A DNA stretch of 64,000 bases from Candidatus Thalassarchaeum betae (GTDB lineage: Archaea > Thermoplasmatota > Poseidoniia > Poseidoniales > Thalassarchaeaceae): positions 13,612 through 77,611 of the forward strand of contig PSPG01000007.1 in assembly GCA_003193925.1 (NCBI GenBank), written 5' to 3'. The notes beneath the pieces were generated by a model. That model ran no database searches. It had not been told where the DNA came from and saw nothing but the letters and a program-made list of their open reading frames with translations. A program made the translations under genes and the position numbers. Below, one piece after another: positions 1 to 9,526 of this stretch. How positions within the stretch are numbered: position 1 is the stretch's first letter; each line of letters begins with the position of its first letter.

Positions 1-246
1 AAGGGTGACCACTGGCTAGCAGACCGTGTTTACTCCGGGGTCCCGGCGGCCGACTACGGACTCCAGCAGGTGATCCGCATCGGGCACATGAGCGGGCGCT
101 CGAACATCATCTGGTGGCTGCAACAGAACGGCTACGAAGTGACGGACGACCTGATATCGCACATGCTCGAGGTCGCCAAGGGCCAACGCAGGCTGATGAC
201 CGACGGAGAGGTCCGCGCTGCCATCTCAGAGTTTCATGCCTCGTGA
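1..246 (+). CDS. LeuA-family (2-isopropylmalate synthase-like) protein, 3' end only
   Basis: Frame 1 reads KGDHWLADRVYSGVPAADYGLQQVIRIGHMSGRSNIIWWL...EFHAS* (TGA 244-246). This resembles the region after the catalytic barrel of LeuA/HCS enzymes. Truncated by the window edge. Confidence 0.65.
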   Translation, partial: KGDHWLADRVYSGVPAADYGLQQVIRIGHMSGRSNIIWWLQQNGYEVTDDLISHMLEVAKGQRRLMTDGEVRAAISEFHAS

Positions 247-286
247 AGCAGCGGCTTCACGCTTCAGACGAATGGCTAAATGGTGA

Positions 287-3200
287 ATGCAGTCGGGGTC
301 GACCATGCGTACGGCACTTGCCGTCCTCCTCGTCCTACTAATCGCTCCCTTGGGGGGAGTTGCGTCGGGATCTCCGGGTGCTCCGGTCGATCTCGAGATC
401 GAAGGCGACGAGATCATGCCGACCTACTCGAGGTCGGTCCAATTGGGCTTCAACCGTGTGGAGGATCTAAACCAGTACACCGAGGAGCAGTTGTCTGAAA
501 CCAATGAGTGGCTCGTAGTCACTCGAGTGCCAATCCACAGGCACTTGTGGACCAAGGCGGCACCTGAGCTCAGTGAGCCCGCCCCCATCCTGCGTGGTGC
601 ATACATCTGGCACTTCGAGGAGCCACTGAAGGCGCTCCCGCAGTTACAGAAATCGCTGGAGGCAGGAGAGATTGAGTCGTTCTCGCCACTCGTGCTGAAG
701 AAGCAGAATCCGAGGACCATCCCCAACGACACCGACTTCGACGACCAGTGGCACCTCGAGAACACCGGCCAGACCAACGGCGTCTCCGGCGAGGACGCCA
801 ATGTGACCGGTGCCTGGGACACCTACACGGGCACGGGCGTGGTCATCAGCGTGGTCGACGACGGGCTTGACCACGCTCATGCAGACCTCAGCCCGAACTA
901 CTCCCCCCTACTGTCGTACGACTGGTGCAACGATGACGAAGACCCGAGCCCCTCCAGCTGGAACGGTCACGGGACAGCTGTCGCCGGCGTCGCCGCTGCG
1001 GTTGGCAACAACTCCCTCGACGTCACCGGCATCGCCTTCGACGCCACCATCGCGGGCTCGACGCTCATCGCCTGCTGGGCCGGGGACTCGCTCGAGGCGG
1101 ATGCGCTTAGCTACGAGAACGACGACATCGACATCTACACCAACTCATGGGGACCGGTCGACGACGGTCAGACCCTCGAGGCCCCCGGGCCGCTGACGCT
1201 CGCGGCCTTCGAGTACGACGCCTACCAGGGGCGTGAGGGCCTAGGCAACGTGATCACCTGGGCCGCCGGCAACGGGCTGGGCTCCAATGACAACTCGAAC
1301 TACGACGGCTACGCCAACAGCCGCTACACCATCGCCGTGACAGCGATCAACCACAACGGCGAGCAATCTTACTACGCCGAGCCCGGTGCCAACATCCTGG
1401 TCGCCGCTTACTCGAACGGAGACGGCGAGGGGATTACCACCACTGACATCACGGGCTCGGGCGGCTACAGCAACGGCAACGTGACGCATGACTTCGGCGG
1501 CACTTCGAGCGCCACGCCCCTAGCCGCCGGCATCATTGCGCTAATCCTCGACGCCAACGGGAACCTGACTTGGAGGGACGTACAGCACGTCCTCGTCAAC
1601 AGCGCGCGCATGAACGATGCTAGCGACTCGTCATGGGAGCTCAATGGGGGCGGGCACGACGTCTCCCACAAGTACGGCTTCGGAGTGGTCGATGGCGGCG
1701 CAGCGGTATCCGTCGCAGAGAACTGGCAGAACGTGGGAGAGGAGCTCAACGCCACCTACGGCCCGTACACGCCGTCCATCGACATCCCGGACGATTCGAC
1801 CGGCTGGACCGAGGTGACGACCGTCGTGACCCAGGAGTACTCACTCGAGAGCGTCGACGTGGCCGTCGACATCTCACACACTGCCCGGGGCGATCTCGAC
1901 ATCGTGCTGGTCTCGCCCTCGGGAACGGAGTCGTGGCTGGCCGAGTCGCGCAACGACAACGGCAACCACTACTCCGACTGGATGTTCAGCACCGTCAGGC
2001 ACTGGGACGAGTCATCGCTCGGGACCTGGACGCTGAAGGTCCGGGACACCGATTCGGGCACTAACGGCACCCTGAACTCGTGGGAGCTCATCCTGCACGG
2101 TGTCGACGTGGACTACGACCACGATGACGACGGGCTGTCCGACGAGAACGAGACGCTGGTCTACGGAACCGATCCCTACAACCCAGACACCGACGGTGAC
2201 GGTCTGAACGACTACGACGAGGTCATGGTCTACGGAACCAACCCGCTGCTCACCGACACTGACCTCGACGGGCTTACCGACGCAGCCGAGGTGTTCAGCA
2301 CCGGCACGGACCCGCTCGATTCGGACACCGACGACGACGGTCTCAGCGACGGTGCCGAGGTGAACTACTGGCTGAGCGACCCGCTGGTCTACGACCCGGA
2401 CGCGGACTCGGACCTGTTCTACCACTTCAACGACTGCAACGACACTAATCCCGACGTCAACCCGGGCAAACCCGAACTGCTGAACGGGATCGACGACGAC
2501 TGCGACGACTATATCGACGAGGGTTACAACTTCACCGACAGGGACAATGACGGCCTTATGGACTGGGACGAGTACCACGTCCACGGAACCGACTACATGG
2601 ACGAAGACACCGACGACGACGGTCTTTATGACGGCGAGGAGGTCAACATTTTCGCCTCTATGGGGGCGGACCCGCTGGTTTACGACCCGGATGACGACAA
2701 TGACAGCTGGTACTGGTTCCAAGACTGCGACGACGAAGACGGAGAGCGCTCGCCGGGACATCCCGAGTTACTCGACGGCTTAGACAATGACTGCGACTTC
2801 CTGATCGACGAGGACTACTGGACACTGGACACGGACAACGACGGACTCTACGACTACGACGAGTTCCACAACATCACCACCGACCCGCTCGACGGCGACA
2901 GCGACGGTGACGGCCTTCCTGACGGTTTGGAGTACAACGAATACGCCTCGCTGGGAGCCGATCCGCTGGTCTACGACCCAGACGCGGACAGCGACGGCTG
3001 GTACTGGTTCCAAGACTGCGACGACAACGACTCCGACCGCTCTCCGTCCAAGCCGGAGGTGCTCGACGCCAAGGACAACGACTGCGACGGGGTCGTCGAC
3101 GAGGACTTCTTTGAGCTCGACAGCGACGGTGACGGTCTGACAGACTATGAGGAGTACCACAACGTCACCAGCAACCCAGGGCTCGCCGACAGTGACGGCG

Positions 3201-4063
3201 ACGGTCTGTCTGACGGTTACGAGGTCAAGGTGACCGGCTCCGACCCGGTGAAATTCAACTTCGACAGGGATGAAGACGGGTTCTACGACTTCGAGGACTG
3301 CGAGGACCTGGTGGACACGATCAACCCCGACGGCATCGAGGCGTGGAACGGCTGGGACGACGACTGCAACGATGCAGTGGATGACGGACTGGACCGACGC
3401 ACTCTGGTGACTACCGAGCCGGACTTCAAGCGCGTTTACGCCTGGGACGCCGTCAATGACACTCTAGTGCTGACGATGAGCGCCATCCCACCTCAGGTCG
3501 AGGCAAGTATCTCCTGGCAGTTCGGGGACTTCACCCTGACCGACAATGTGAGTTCTGACGGCAAGACGGTGGTCATACGGCCGATTGACTGCGAGGTGCG
3601 CAACGGCACCCTGACGATCTACCTGTGCGACCAAGGGAGCGGTCCCCAGCAGGTCACTGCGACCATGGTGGACTCCGGGATCACCACCGTATTCGTCTGG
3701 GACCTCGACATGGAGGTCTGGATCCCTCCACCGACCCTGCTCGAGAGACTGTTCTCTTTCATCGTCAGCCCCATTGGCATCGTTGTCACCCTCGTGCTGC
3801 TGCTGACCGTCCTAGTCGGTGGTGTTTACGCTGGAATGAGGTTCTCGCACAACCGCAAACTCAAGGACGCCTACCAGGCATACGACCTGAAGTCCGAGAA
3901 GTTCGCCCTCTCGCCCGAGCTCGGGCAGTACGAGCTGCCATCAGCGCCGGACCTAGGCTCGCTGATAGGGCAACAGAACACCCCCGTCGAGCTCCCTCCA
4001 TTGCCTGCTCGCCCGGTCGAGGAGAGCGAAGACGGCATACCGAGAGCGCCGGACTTGGACTGA
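287..4063 (+). CDS. Membrane-anchored S8 (kexin/furin-like) serine protease with P-domain and Ca-binding/MopE-like repeats
   Basis: Signal peptide (alternative start 305). Triad motifs VVDDG, GHGTAVAG, GGTSSATP and oxyanion AAGNG. P-domain SHTARGDLDIVLVSPSG. Many DxDxDGLxD repeats and four DCxD...NGxDxDCD repeats. C-terminal TM helix. Confidence 0.93.
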   Translation: MQSGSTMRTALAVLLVLLIAPLGGVASGSPGAPVDLEIEGDEIMPTYSRSVQLGFNRVEDLNQYTEEQLSETNEWLVVTRVPIHRHLWTKAAPELSEPAPILRGAYIWHFEEPLKALPQLQKSLEAGEIESFSPLVLKKQNPRTIPNDTDFDDQWHLENTGQTNGVSGEDANVTGAWDTYTGTGVVISVVDDGLDHAHADLSPNYSPLLSYDWCNDDEDPSPSSWNGHGTAVAGVAAAVGNNSLDVTGIAFDATIAGSTLIACWAGDSLEADALSYENDDIDIYTNSWGPVDDGQTLEAPGPLTLAAFEYDAYQGREGLGNVITWAAGNGLGSNDNSNYDGYANSRYTIAVTAINHNGEQSYYAEPGANILVAAYSNGDGEGITTTDITGSGGYSNGNVTHDFGGTSSATPLAAGIIALILDANGNLTWRDVQHVLVNSARMNDASDSSWELNGGGHDVSHKYGFGVVDGGAAVSVAENWQNVGEELNATYGPYTPSIDIPDDSTGWTEVTTVVTQEYSLESVDVAVDISHTARGDLDIVLVSPSGTESWLAESRNDNGNHYSDWMFSTVRHWDESSLGTWTLKVRDTDSGTNGTLNSWELILHGVDVDYDHDDDGLSDENETLVYGTDPYNPDTDGDGLNDYDEVMVYGTNPLLTDTDLDGLTDAAEVFSTGTDPLDSDTDDDGLSDGAEVNYWLSDPLVYDPDADSDLFYHFNDCNDTNPDVNPGKPELLNGIDDDCDDYIDEGYNFTDRDNDGLMDWDEYHVHGTDYMDEDTDDDGLYDGEEVNIFASMGADPLVYDPDDDNDSWYWFQDCDDEDGERSPGHPELLDGLDNDCDFLIDEDYWTLDTDNDGLYDYDEFHNITTDPLDGDSDGDGLPDGLEYNEYASLGADPLVYDPDADSDGWYWFQDCDDNDSDRSPSKPEVLDAKDNDCDGVVDEDFFELDSDGDGLTDYEEYHNVTSNPGLADSDGDGLSDGYEVKVTGSDPVKFNFDRDEDGFYDFEDCEDLVDTINPDGIEAWNGWDDDCNDAVDDGLDRRTLVTTEPDFKRVYAWDAVNDTLVLTMSAIPPQVEASISWQFGDFTLTDNVSSDGKTVVIRPIDCEVRNGTLTIYLCDQGSGPQQVTATMVDSGITTVFVWDLDMEVWIPPPTLLERLFSFIVSPIGIVVTLVLLLTVLVGGVYAGMRFSHNRKLKDAYQAYDLKSEKFALSPELGQYELPSAPDLGSLIGQQNTPVELPPLPARPVEESEDGIPRAPDLD
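2395..3395 (+). repeat. Intragenic ~291-bp (97-aa) super-repeat in the S8 protease stalk
   Basis: GCTGGTACTGGTTCCAAGACTGCGACGAC occurs at 2706 and 2997 (291 bp apart). Four Cys-containing units alternate with DTDxDGL units. Confidence 0.85.
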
Positions 4064-5446
4064 TTAGGACCATCTGGGGTCAGCCTCGCCCGCTTCGTCG
4101 TCCGCGATGTCATCATCGTTACGCCCCCACTCGGCGTCTGGCGAGCCGCCGGACCACTCTCCCAAGACTGAGATGTCCTCGACATCCTCGTCTTCGCGCC
4201 ACGGCGGGTCGCCGTCGGAGCCACTGGTGACGAGACAGCCCTCGGGATCGAGTCTCTTCCTCAGCGTCTTAACACCGCGAGTCACCGGCAGGAGGTGTCC
4301 TATCGGGGTACCAGCGTTGACGAAAGGATGGGTGGCCGTGGAGATCAAGAGTCCCCTTGTCGGAGCGAGGACGTCGTAACCATCGCCCGGCCTCTCCGGA
4401 TCGGTCACGGTAGCCACCGTCTCGCCCTTCTCGACGAAGCTGCCAGCCGGGGTCAGCACGTCCAGCAGGCCGCCTTGGTCGGAGCGGATCCAGACCGAGC
4501 CTGAGGCCAGAATCCTGAATCTGGGACGGCTGGGGTATCCTGGTAGCACCTTGAGGCTGCGAAGCACGTTCAACACGCCGTAAATCGCCACTTGCACGGA
4601 CTCGGGGTCGGCCTCGTTCGGGCCACCGCCCTCGTAGGTGATGGCGCCGATACCGGAGTCGTTGGCCATTCTACGTAGAGAGCCCTTCGGGCCTTCGTTG
4701 TCGAGTATCGCCTCGATGCCGAAGGCCCTAGCGATTCTATTGCTGGCACGGTGGGCGAGGTTAGCGCGTATTTGCGGCATGTTGGTGCGACCCACGGCGG
4801 CGGTGTGCAGGTCGATCACGTGGTCGCTGCCTGAGATGACCTTGTTCCACAGGCGGTGAGCCACCCTGGAGGTTGTGTTGCTGTCGGGCTTGCCGGGGAA
4901 ACTGCGATTCAGATCCCTGCCGTCGGCCATGTACCTGCTCTGACGCCGATAGCCCGGGAGATTCACCACAGGGACGATCCGCAACGTGCCGGCCATGGCT
5001 GCAGGGTCGATCGCCTTGTCCTCGCCGAGGATGTTGGGGCCGCAGAGGTAAGTCAGGGCCAGCGGCCCGACGAGCTCGTTGCCGTGAAGAGCCCCTAGGA
5101 TGGTGACCACTGGCCCGGGCCTGGCACCGTGGACCACGGTGATAGGAATGGGCCATGACTCCCCGATGTCGACTTCCAGCAAGTCGAACTCGATCTGCCG
5201 GACGGTGCCGGGGTTGATTCTCTTCCTGAGGAACCTGTGATACTTCGGGCCGTCCTTCCTGGACCACCTCTTCGGTGTCCCGGAGCTGTCCTCGAGGGCC
5301 TTCTCGATCTCCTTCCTGCGGCTCTGGGGAATCTGATTGGCGACCTTCAGGGGCTGCGAGCGCCTGCGCTTGGCCCTCGGCGCCGCGGCCTCGGCGGGCT
5401 TGGCGGACTCCTTGTCATCTACATCTGAACGCTTGGCTGGCAACAA
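4064..5446 (-). CDS. Succinylglutamate desuccinylase/aspartoacylase family (M14-like) protein
   Basis: Motifs LHGNE, DLNRSFPG, IDLHT, ITYEGG. C-terminal biotinyl-like domain. Basic N-terminal extension. Confidence 0.88.
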   Translation of the reverse strand: MLPAKRSDVDDKESAKPAEAAAPRAKRRRSQPLKVANQIPQSRRKEIEKALEDSSGTPKRWSRKDGPKYHRFLRKRINPGTVRQIEFDLLEVDIGESWPIPITVVHGARPGPVVTILGALHGNELVGPLALTYLCGPNILGEDKAIDPAAMAGTLRIVPVVNLPGYRRQSRYMADGRDLNRSFPGKPDSNTTSRVAHRLWNKVISGSDHVIDLHTAAVGRTNMPQIRANLAHRASNRIARAFGIEAILDNEGPKGSLRRMANDSGIGAITYEGGGPNEADPESVQVAIYGVLNVLRSLKVLPGYPSRPRFRILASGSVWIRSDQGGLLDVLTPAGSFVEKGETVATVTDPERPGDGYDVLAPTRGLLISTATHPFVNAGTPIGHLLPVTRGVKTLRKRLDPEGCLVTSGSDGDPPWREDEDVEDISVLGEWSGGSPDAEWGRNDDDIADDEAGEADPRWS

Positions 5447-5529
5447 CCCACGGAGCAGGTCCTTCGATTAAGAGCATGCGTTCTCAGAACTCTAGGAATT
5501 TTCATTTCCCAGTGGCCCTCCCCGGAGTC

Positions 5530-6006
5530 ATGGCAGGGGAGCGCGGCCCATCGGTGCAGGAGGAGCACGCACCGAACAGTATCTGCTTCGGTTGCGGTCC
5601 CGCTAACGAGAAGGGGCTCAGAATCCGCTCTTTCCGCTCCGAGGGAGGCTTGCAGATGGAATTCGCCCCCTGCGAGGAGCATCAGGCGTTCCCGGGCATG
5701 GTCAACGGTGGCATAATCGGCACTCTGCTAGACTGCCACGGTAACTGGACGGCAGCGATTGCACTGATGGATCAGGCAGGCGACTCAGAGGCGCCATGCA
5801 CTGTCACGGCCTCCTACAGCATCCGGCTGAGAAGGCCTACTCCCTATGGCGTCATACTGCACGTCAGCTCCGAGGTCGAGGAGATAGGGGATGACAGGGC
5901 CAAGGTGCGATTGGCACTCACTGCAAATGGCGACCTGTGCGCCACCGGAGAGGGACTCTTCGTGGCGGTAAAGGAGGGGCATCCGGCCTTTCACCGTTGG
6001 AATTAG
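5530..6006 (+). CDS. PaaI/hotdog-fold thioesterase
   Basis: CFGCGPANEKGL, PGMVNGGIIGTLLD, VTASYSIRLRRPTP. ATG at 5530 is in frame with the ORF track. Confidence 0.85.
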   Translation: MAGERGPSVQEEHAPNSICFGCGPANEKGLRIRSFRSEGGLQMEFAPCEEHQAFPGMVNGGIIGTLLDCHGNWTAAIALMDQAGDSEAPCTVTASYSIRLRRPTPYGVILHVSSEVEEIGDDRAKVRLALTANGDLCATGEGLFVAVKEGHPAFHRWN

Positions 6007-6053
6007 CGCTAACTCCTCGGCATCCTTTAGAACGGCCGAATCGAAGACCGTAC

Positions 6054-8603
6054 GTGGCGCAGTCATCAGACCAGCCCTCGCGCAGGCTCGAGGACTTGAA
6101 TCTCGACGACAGGATCGTGGAAATGCTGCGTGACCAGTGGGGCATCGAGGAGCTCTTTCCGCCTCAGGCCGAGGCCTTGCCCCCCGCCCTCTCTGGACGC
6201 AACGTGATGCTGACGATCCCCACTGCCAGCGGCAAGTCGCTGGTCGCGCACCTGACCATTGTGCACCGACTCACTACCGACTTGGAGGGAGCGCGGGCGC
6301 TGTACATAGTACCGTTGAAGGCGCTCGCCACAGAGAAGGTCAAGGAACTCAGGGCAATCGCAGGAAGCGTTGGACTGCGAGTTGGCCTAGCGATTGGCGA
6401 CAGAGATGGTGAGACCGGGCTGATCGAGGATTCGGACATTCTCGTCTGCACCAGCGAGAAGCTGGACTCGCTGCTCCGGACCCGCTCGGAGCTGATGGAC
6501 AAGGTCGGGATAGTGGTCAGCGACGAGTTCCACCTCCTGCACGACCCGGGCAGGGGTCCGACCCTCGAGATCCTGCTCTCCCGCATCAGGCACCAGCGAC
6601 CGGAGGCTCAGATCATCGCCCTCTCAGCCACTGTCGGCAACTCCGAGGAGATGGCCGAATGGCTGGATGCCGAGTTGATCGTCTCCGACTGGCGCCCGGT
6701 CACGCTCCGCTACGGCACGCTCACCGGCCTGGATGTGAGCGTCCACCGGGTCGACGGCAGGGGTGACGAGGAGTTGCCTGAGCCGCGTTCGATAGAAGGC
6801 AAGTCGACTCATCCCCTGCAGGCCGTCCTCGAAGACACGGTGCGAGACGGGGGTCAGCTCCTCGTCTTCGTCTCGTCGCGAGCCTCCGCCCAGAAGGAGG
6901 CGCGCGAACTCGCCAGGCACACTCGCAGGAGACTGGTCGAAGGCAGTGACGCGTTCAATCCCGGCTTGACGGAGCATTGGGATCGGATTGCCGACAGACT
7001 GGCTAGGCGGAATGACGACTCTGCGATGGTCAAGGCCCTGGTCACCTCCGTCAGAGGAGGTGTTGCCTTCCACCATGCCGGGCTCACGAGCGGGCAGCGC
7101 TGTCTGATCGAGGAGGCGTTTCGCGAAGGCTGGCTCCTCTGCGTTGTCGCGACTCCGACCCTCGCGCAGGGCGTCAACCTCCCTGCCCGGCGCGTCGTGG
7201 TAAGAGACCTGAGGCGCTGGAGCACGGTGGCGGGCAGGACCATGCCACTGCCGGTGATGGAGGTCAGGCAGATGATGGGCAGGGCTGGCAGGCCGAAGTA
7301 CGACGATGTCGGAGATGCCTGGCTGCTCGCCAAGAGTCGCGAGGAGGAGGCCGACCTCGTCGACCTCTACCTCCTCGGGGCTCCCGAGGAGGTGACTTCG
7401 AAACTGGCCAATCCAACAGCTCTGCGCGCCGAAGAGGACCCAGCGCTACTGACTCACGTGCTCTCCATGGTTGCGACCGGTGGCACCGATGACCGAGACG
7501 CCTTGGGACGTTTCTTCTCGAAGACATTCCTCGCCACCCAAATCGACTCTGAGTCGCTGGCCGCGAGGATCGACGATGTCGTCAGCTGGCTCGCTGCCAA
7601 TGGGATGGTCGACAGGCTAGGCGAGTCTGACGAGGTCAAGGCGAGGATGCTGGAGGAGGAGCCAGTCCAGGAGCCGGAGGAATGGGAGGACGAGGTGCCC
7701 TCGTGGGTCGGCTCGGCCTCCGAAGTCACCGGCCTCGACGTCGCTTCTGGACCAATCAGGAGATACGGCGAGAAGCCTCGCAGGGGCCCGCCGATCTTCG
7801 GCTTCCGCAAAGCCAGCATACATGATTCGTACGAGCCTGACCCGCCCGAATCGCCTTCGATGACTTACAAGGCGACCGCTCTCGGAGAGAGGGTCGCTCA
7901 ACTCTACCTCAATCCGATATCAGGGCGCATCATCCGTGACGGCTTGGGGCGGGCCATGGCCATCCTGACGGGAGAGGACAAGCACGGGCAGGTCTCGCCA
8001 CTCAGCCTCTTGCATCTGGTCTCCTGCACGCCCGACTTCATGCCGCTCTGGCCTCGCAAGGACGACTACGACGCCATCCAGGCCGCTTTGCACGGGCACG
8101 AGCGCGAGTTCCTAGCCGAGCCCATCGACTTGGACGAGGAGCGGCGGATGAAGGGTGTGCTCGTCCTGCAGTCGTGGAGCGACGAGTCGCGCGTAGATCA
8201 CATTGAGCAGGAGTGGAACGTCCAGCCGGGGGACCTGCACGGGCGGGTCGAACAGGCCGAGTGGCTGCTGTACGCCACTCGGCGTATCCTCGCGGAGGAC
8301 AAGGAACTGGCCTCTCTCGACAAGGGTGCACACCGCACTCTCGTCGAAGCGGTCGACGAGATGCACAGGAGGGTGCGATACGGCTGCAGGGCCGACCTGC
8401 TGGGCCTCGTCGCCCTGCGGGGGGTCGGCCGAGCCAGAGCAAGGCAGATGGCCGACCTGCTGGGAGTCTCGAACGCCGCGGACGTCGCTGCGCTAACCGA
8501 GAGGGACCGCGAGAGGCTGTCCGACCTGCGGGGATGGAGCCCTCAGCTGGTTGAGAACCTGGTCGCGGGGGCCGGGCGGTCCATCAGACGCCGCTCCCGC
8601 TAG
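6054..8603 (+). CDS. hel308: Ski2-like DNA helicase Hel308/Hjm
   Basis: LFPPQ Q-motif, PTASGKS, DEFH, LSAT, AFHHAGL, TPTLAQGVNLPA, QMMGRAGRP, C-terminal LRGVGRARAR. Probable GTG start at 6054. Confidence 0.92.
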   Translation: MAQSSDQPSRRLEDLNLDDRIVEMLRDQWGIEELFPPQAEALPPALSGRNVMLTIPTASGKSLVAHLTIVHRLTTDLEGARALYIVPLKALATEKVKELRAIAGSVGLRVGLAIGDRDGETGLIEDSDILVCTSEKLDSLLRTRSELMDKVGIVVSDEFHLLHDPGRGPTLEILLSRIRHQRPEAQIIALSATVGNSEEMAEWLDAELIVSDWRPVTLRYGTLTGLDVSVHRVDGRGDEELPEPRSIEGKSTHPLQAVLEDTVRDGGQLLVFVSSRASAQKEARELARHTRRRLVEGSDAFNPGLTEHWDRIADRLARRNDDSAMVKALVTSVRGGVAFHHAGLTSGQRCLIEEAFREGWLLCVVATPTLAQGVNLPARRVVVRDLRRWSTVAGRTMPLPVMEVRQMMGRAGRPKYDDVGDAWLLAKSREEEADLVDLYLLGAPEEVTSKLANPTALRAEEDPALLTHVLSMVATGGTDDRDALGRFFSKTFLATQIDSESLAARIDDVVSWLAANGMVDRLGESDEVKARMLEEEPVQEPEEWEDEVPSWVGSASEVTGLDVASGPIRRYGEKPRRGPPIFGFRKASIHDSYEPDPPESPSMTYKATALGERVAQLYLNPISGRIIRDGLGRAMAILTGEDKHGQVSPLSLLHLVSCTPDFMPLWPRKDDYDAIQAALHGHEREFLAEPIDLDEERRMKGVLVLQSWSDESRVDHIEQEWNVQPGDLHGRVEQAEWLLYATRRILAEDKELASLDKGAHRTLVEAVDEMHRRVRYGCRADLLGLVALRGVGRARARQMADLLGVSNAADVAALTERDRERLSDLRGWSPQLVENLVAGAGRSIRRRSR

Positions 8604-8636
8604 AGACCCTTCTTCAACCGGAGGCTATCGCGTGCC

Positions 8637-9206
8637 ATGGCGGATGCTCACTTGGTGCCTTGGTTCCCCGCATGGGGCGTCAGCATGCCCGAGCCGATTG
8701 GCGAACCGGCTGATGTCGTCGCGTTGTTCAACGAGTGGAGACCGAGCGAGCGATGGCTGCTGCTGGCCTACGAGGCCGCCTGCAGCGAGATTCGGCTCTG
8801 GACTGCCTGGTCGGCGCTGAGGCGCCGTGAGAAGGAGGGCAGGATGGTCGCTAGGACCTGCGATGCCGAGTTCCTCAGACTGATCTCCGGCACGCACCAA
8901 CTGAGCACCGCCTTCGAACGCGCCGGGATTAACAGCGGTGACGAATTCGCTTGGATCGTCTACCTGCCTGAGTTCGGGGAGGGTGAGGGGTTCGGCGAAA
9001 TCAAGATCCCCCGCTCGACGTATCTCAACAACGACTTGGGGGCTACGAGACTGATCGAGCACCTCGGGGGTACGCTTCTGGCCCGAAGGCCGGTACCCTC
9101 AGAGGAGGGTCTGCTCAGGCTGGGTGCTATCGAGCCTGGAGATTCGATACAGGTAACCAAACAAGAGGACGCTTACCTGCTCCACACCGCACTCGCAGAC
9201 ATGTGA
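8637..9206 (+). CDS. cgi121: KEOPS complex subunit Cgi121-like
   Basis: ARTCDAEFLRLISGTHQLSTAFERAGI matches the Cgi121 core. Its position downstream of hel308 is typical for euryarchaea. Confidence 0.7.
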   Translation: MADAHLVPWFPAWGVSMPEPIGEPADVVALFNEWRPSERWLLLAYEAACSEIRLWTAWSALRRREKEGRMVARTCDAEFLRLISGTHQLSTAFERAGINSGDEFAWIVYLPEFGEGEGFGEIKIPRSTYLNNDLGATRLIEHLGGTLLARRPVPSEEGLLRLGAIEPGDSIQVTKQEDAYLLHTALADM

Positions 9207-9271
9207 TGGTGCATTGACCCCTTCGGGGTCAAACTCATAGGTGAGCACCCTGAGGGCGGTGCGGCGATACG

Positions 9272-9517
9272 ATGGGGAAATTCTACGGTTTCCGGCACTG
9301 CGTGACCTGCAAGGTCGACTGCACAGCGGGTAACTTCATCGACTTCGAGAGCAAGAGATACTGCACGGCGTGCTGGATACAGAGTAACAATCCCGACCAC
9401 CCTGAACTCGAACAGATCAGGGAGCAAGTGAAGGATGCTGCTGAGCAGTGGAAGTGCCTCAGGTGGAGTCGCGAGGAAGGCCCTCTTCCCGATGGCCCAA
9501 AGCCGGTACGCCGATGA
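9272..9517 (+). CDS. Small putative zinc-finger protein
   Basis: 81 aa with CVTCKVDC and CTAC. Fills the gap between co-directional genes. Confidence 0.65.
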   Translation: MGKFYGFRHCVTCKVDCTAGNFIDFESKRYCTACWIQSNNPDHPELEQIREQVKDAAEQWKCLRWSREEGPLPDGPKPVRR

Positions 9518-9526
9518 GGTGAGAGA

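Noticed and set aside
2100-3400. GAC-rich repeats as a CRISPR array or DGR template/variable repeats
   Set aside because: They are in-frame Asp-rich protein repeats. There is no spacer structure, no adenine-specific mismatch pattern was noticed, and no reverse transcriptase is in the window.
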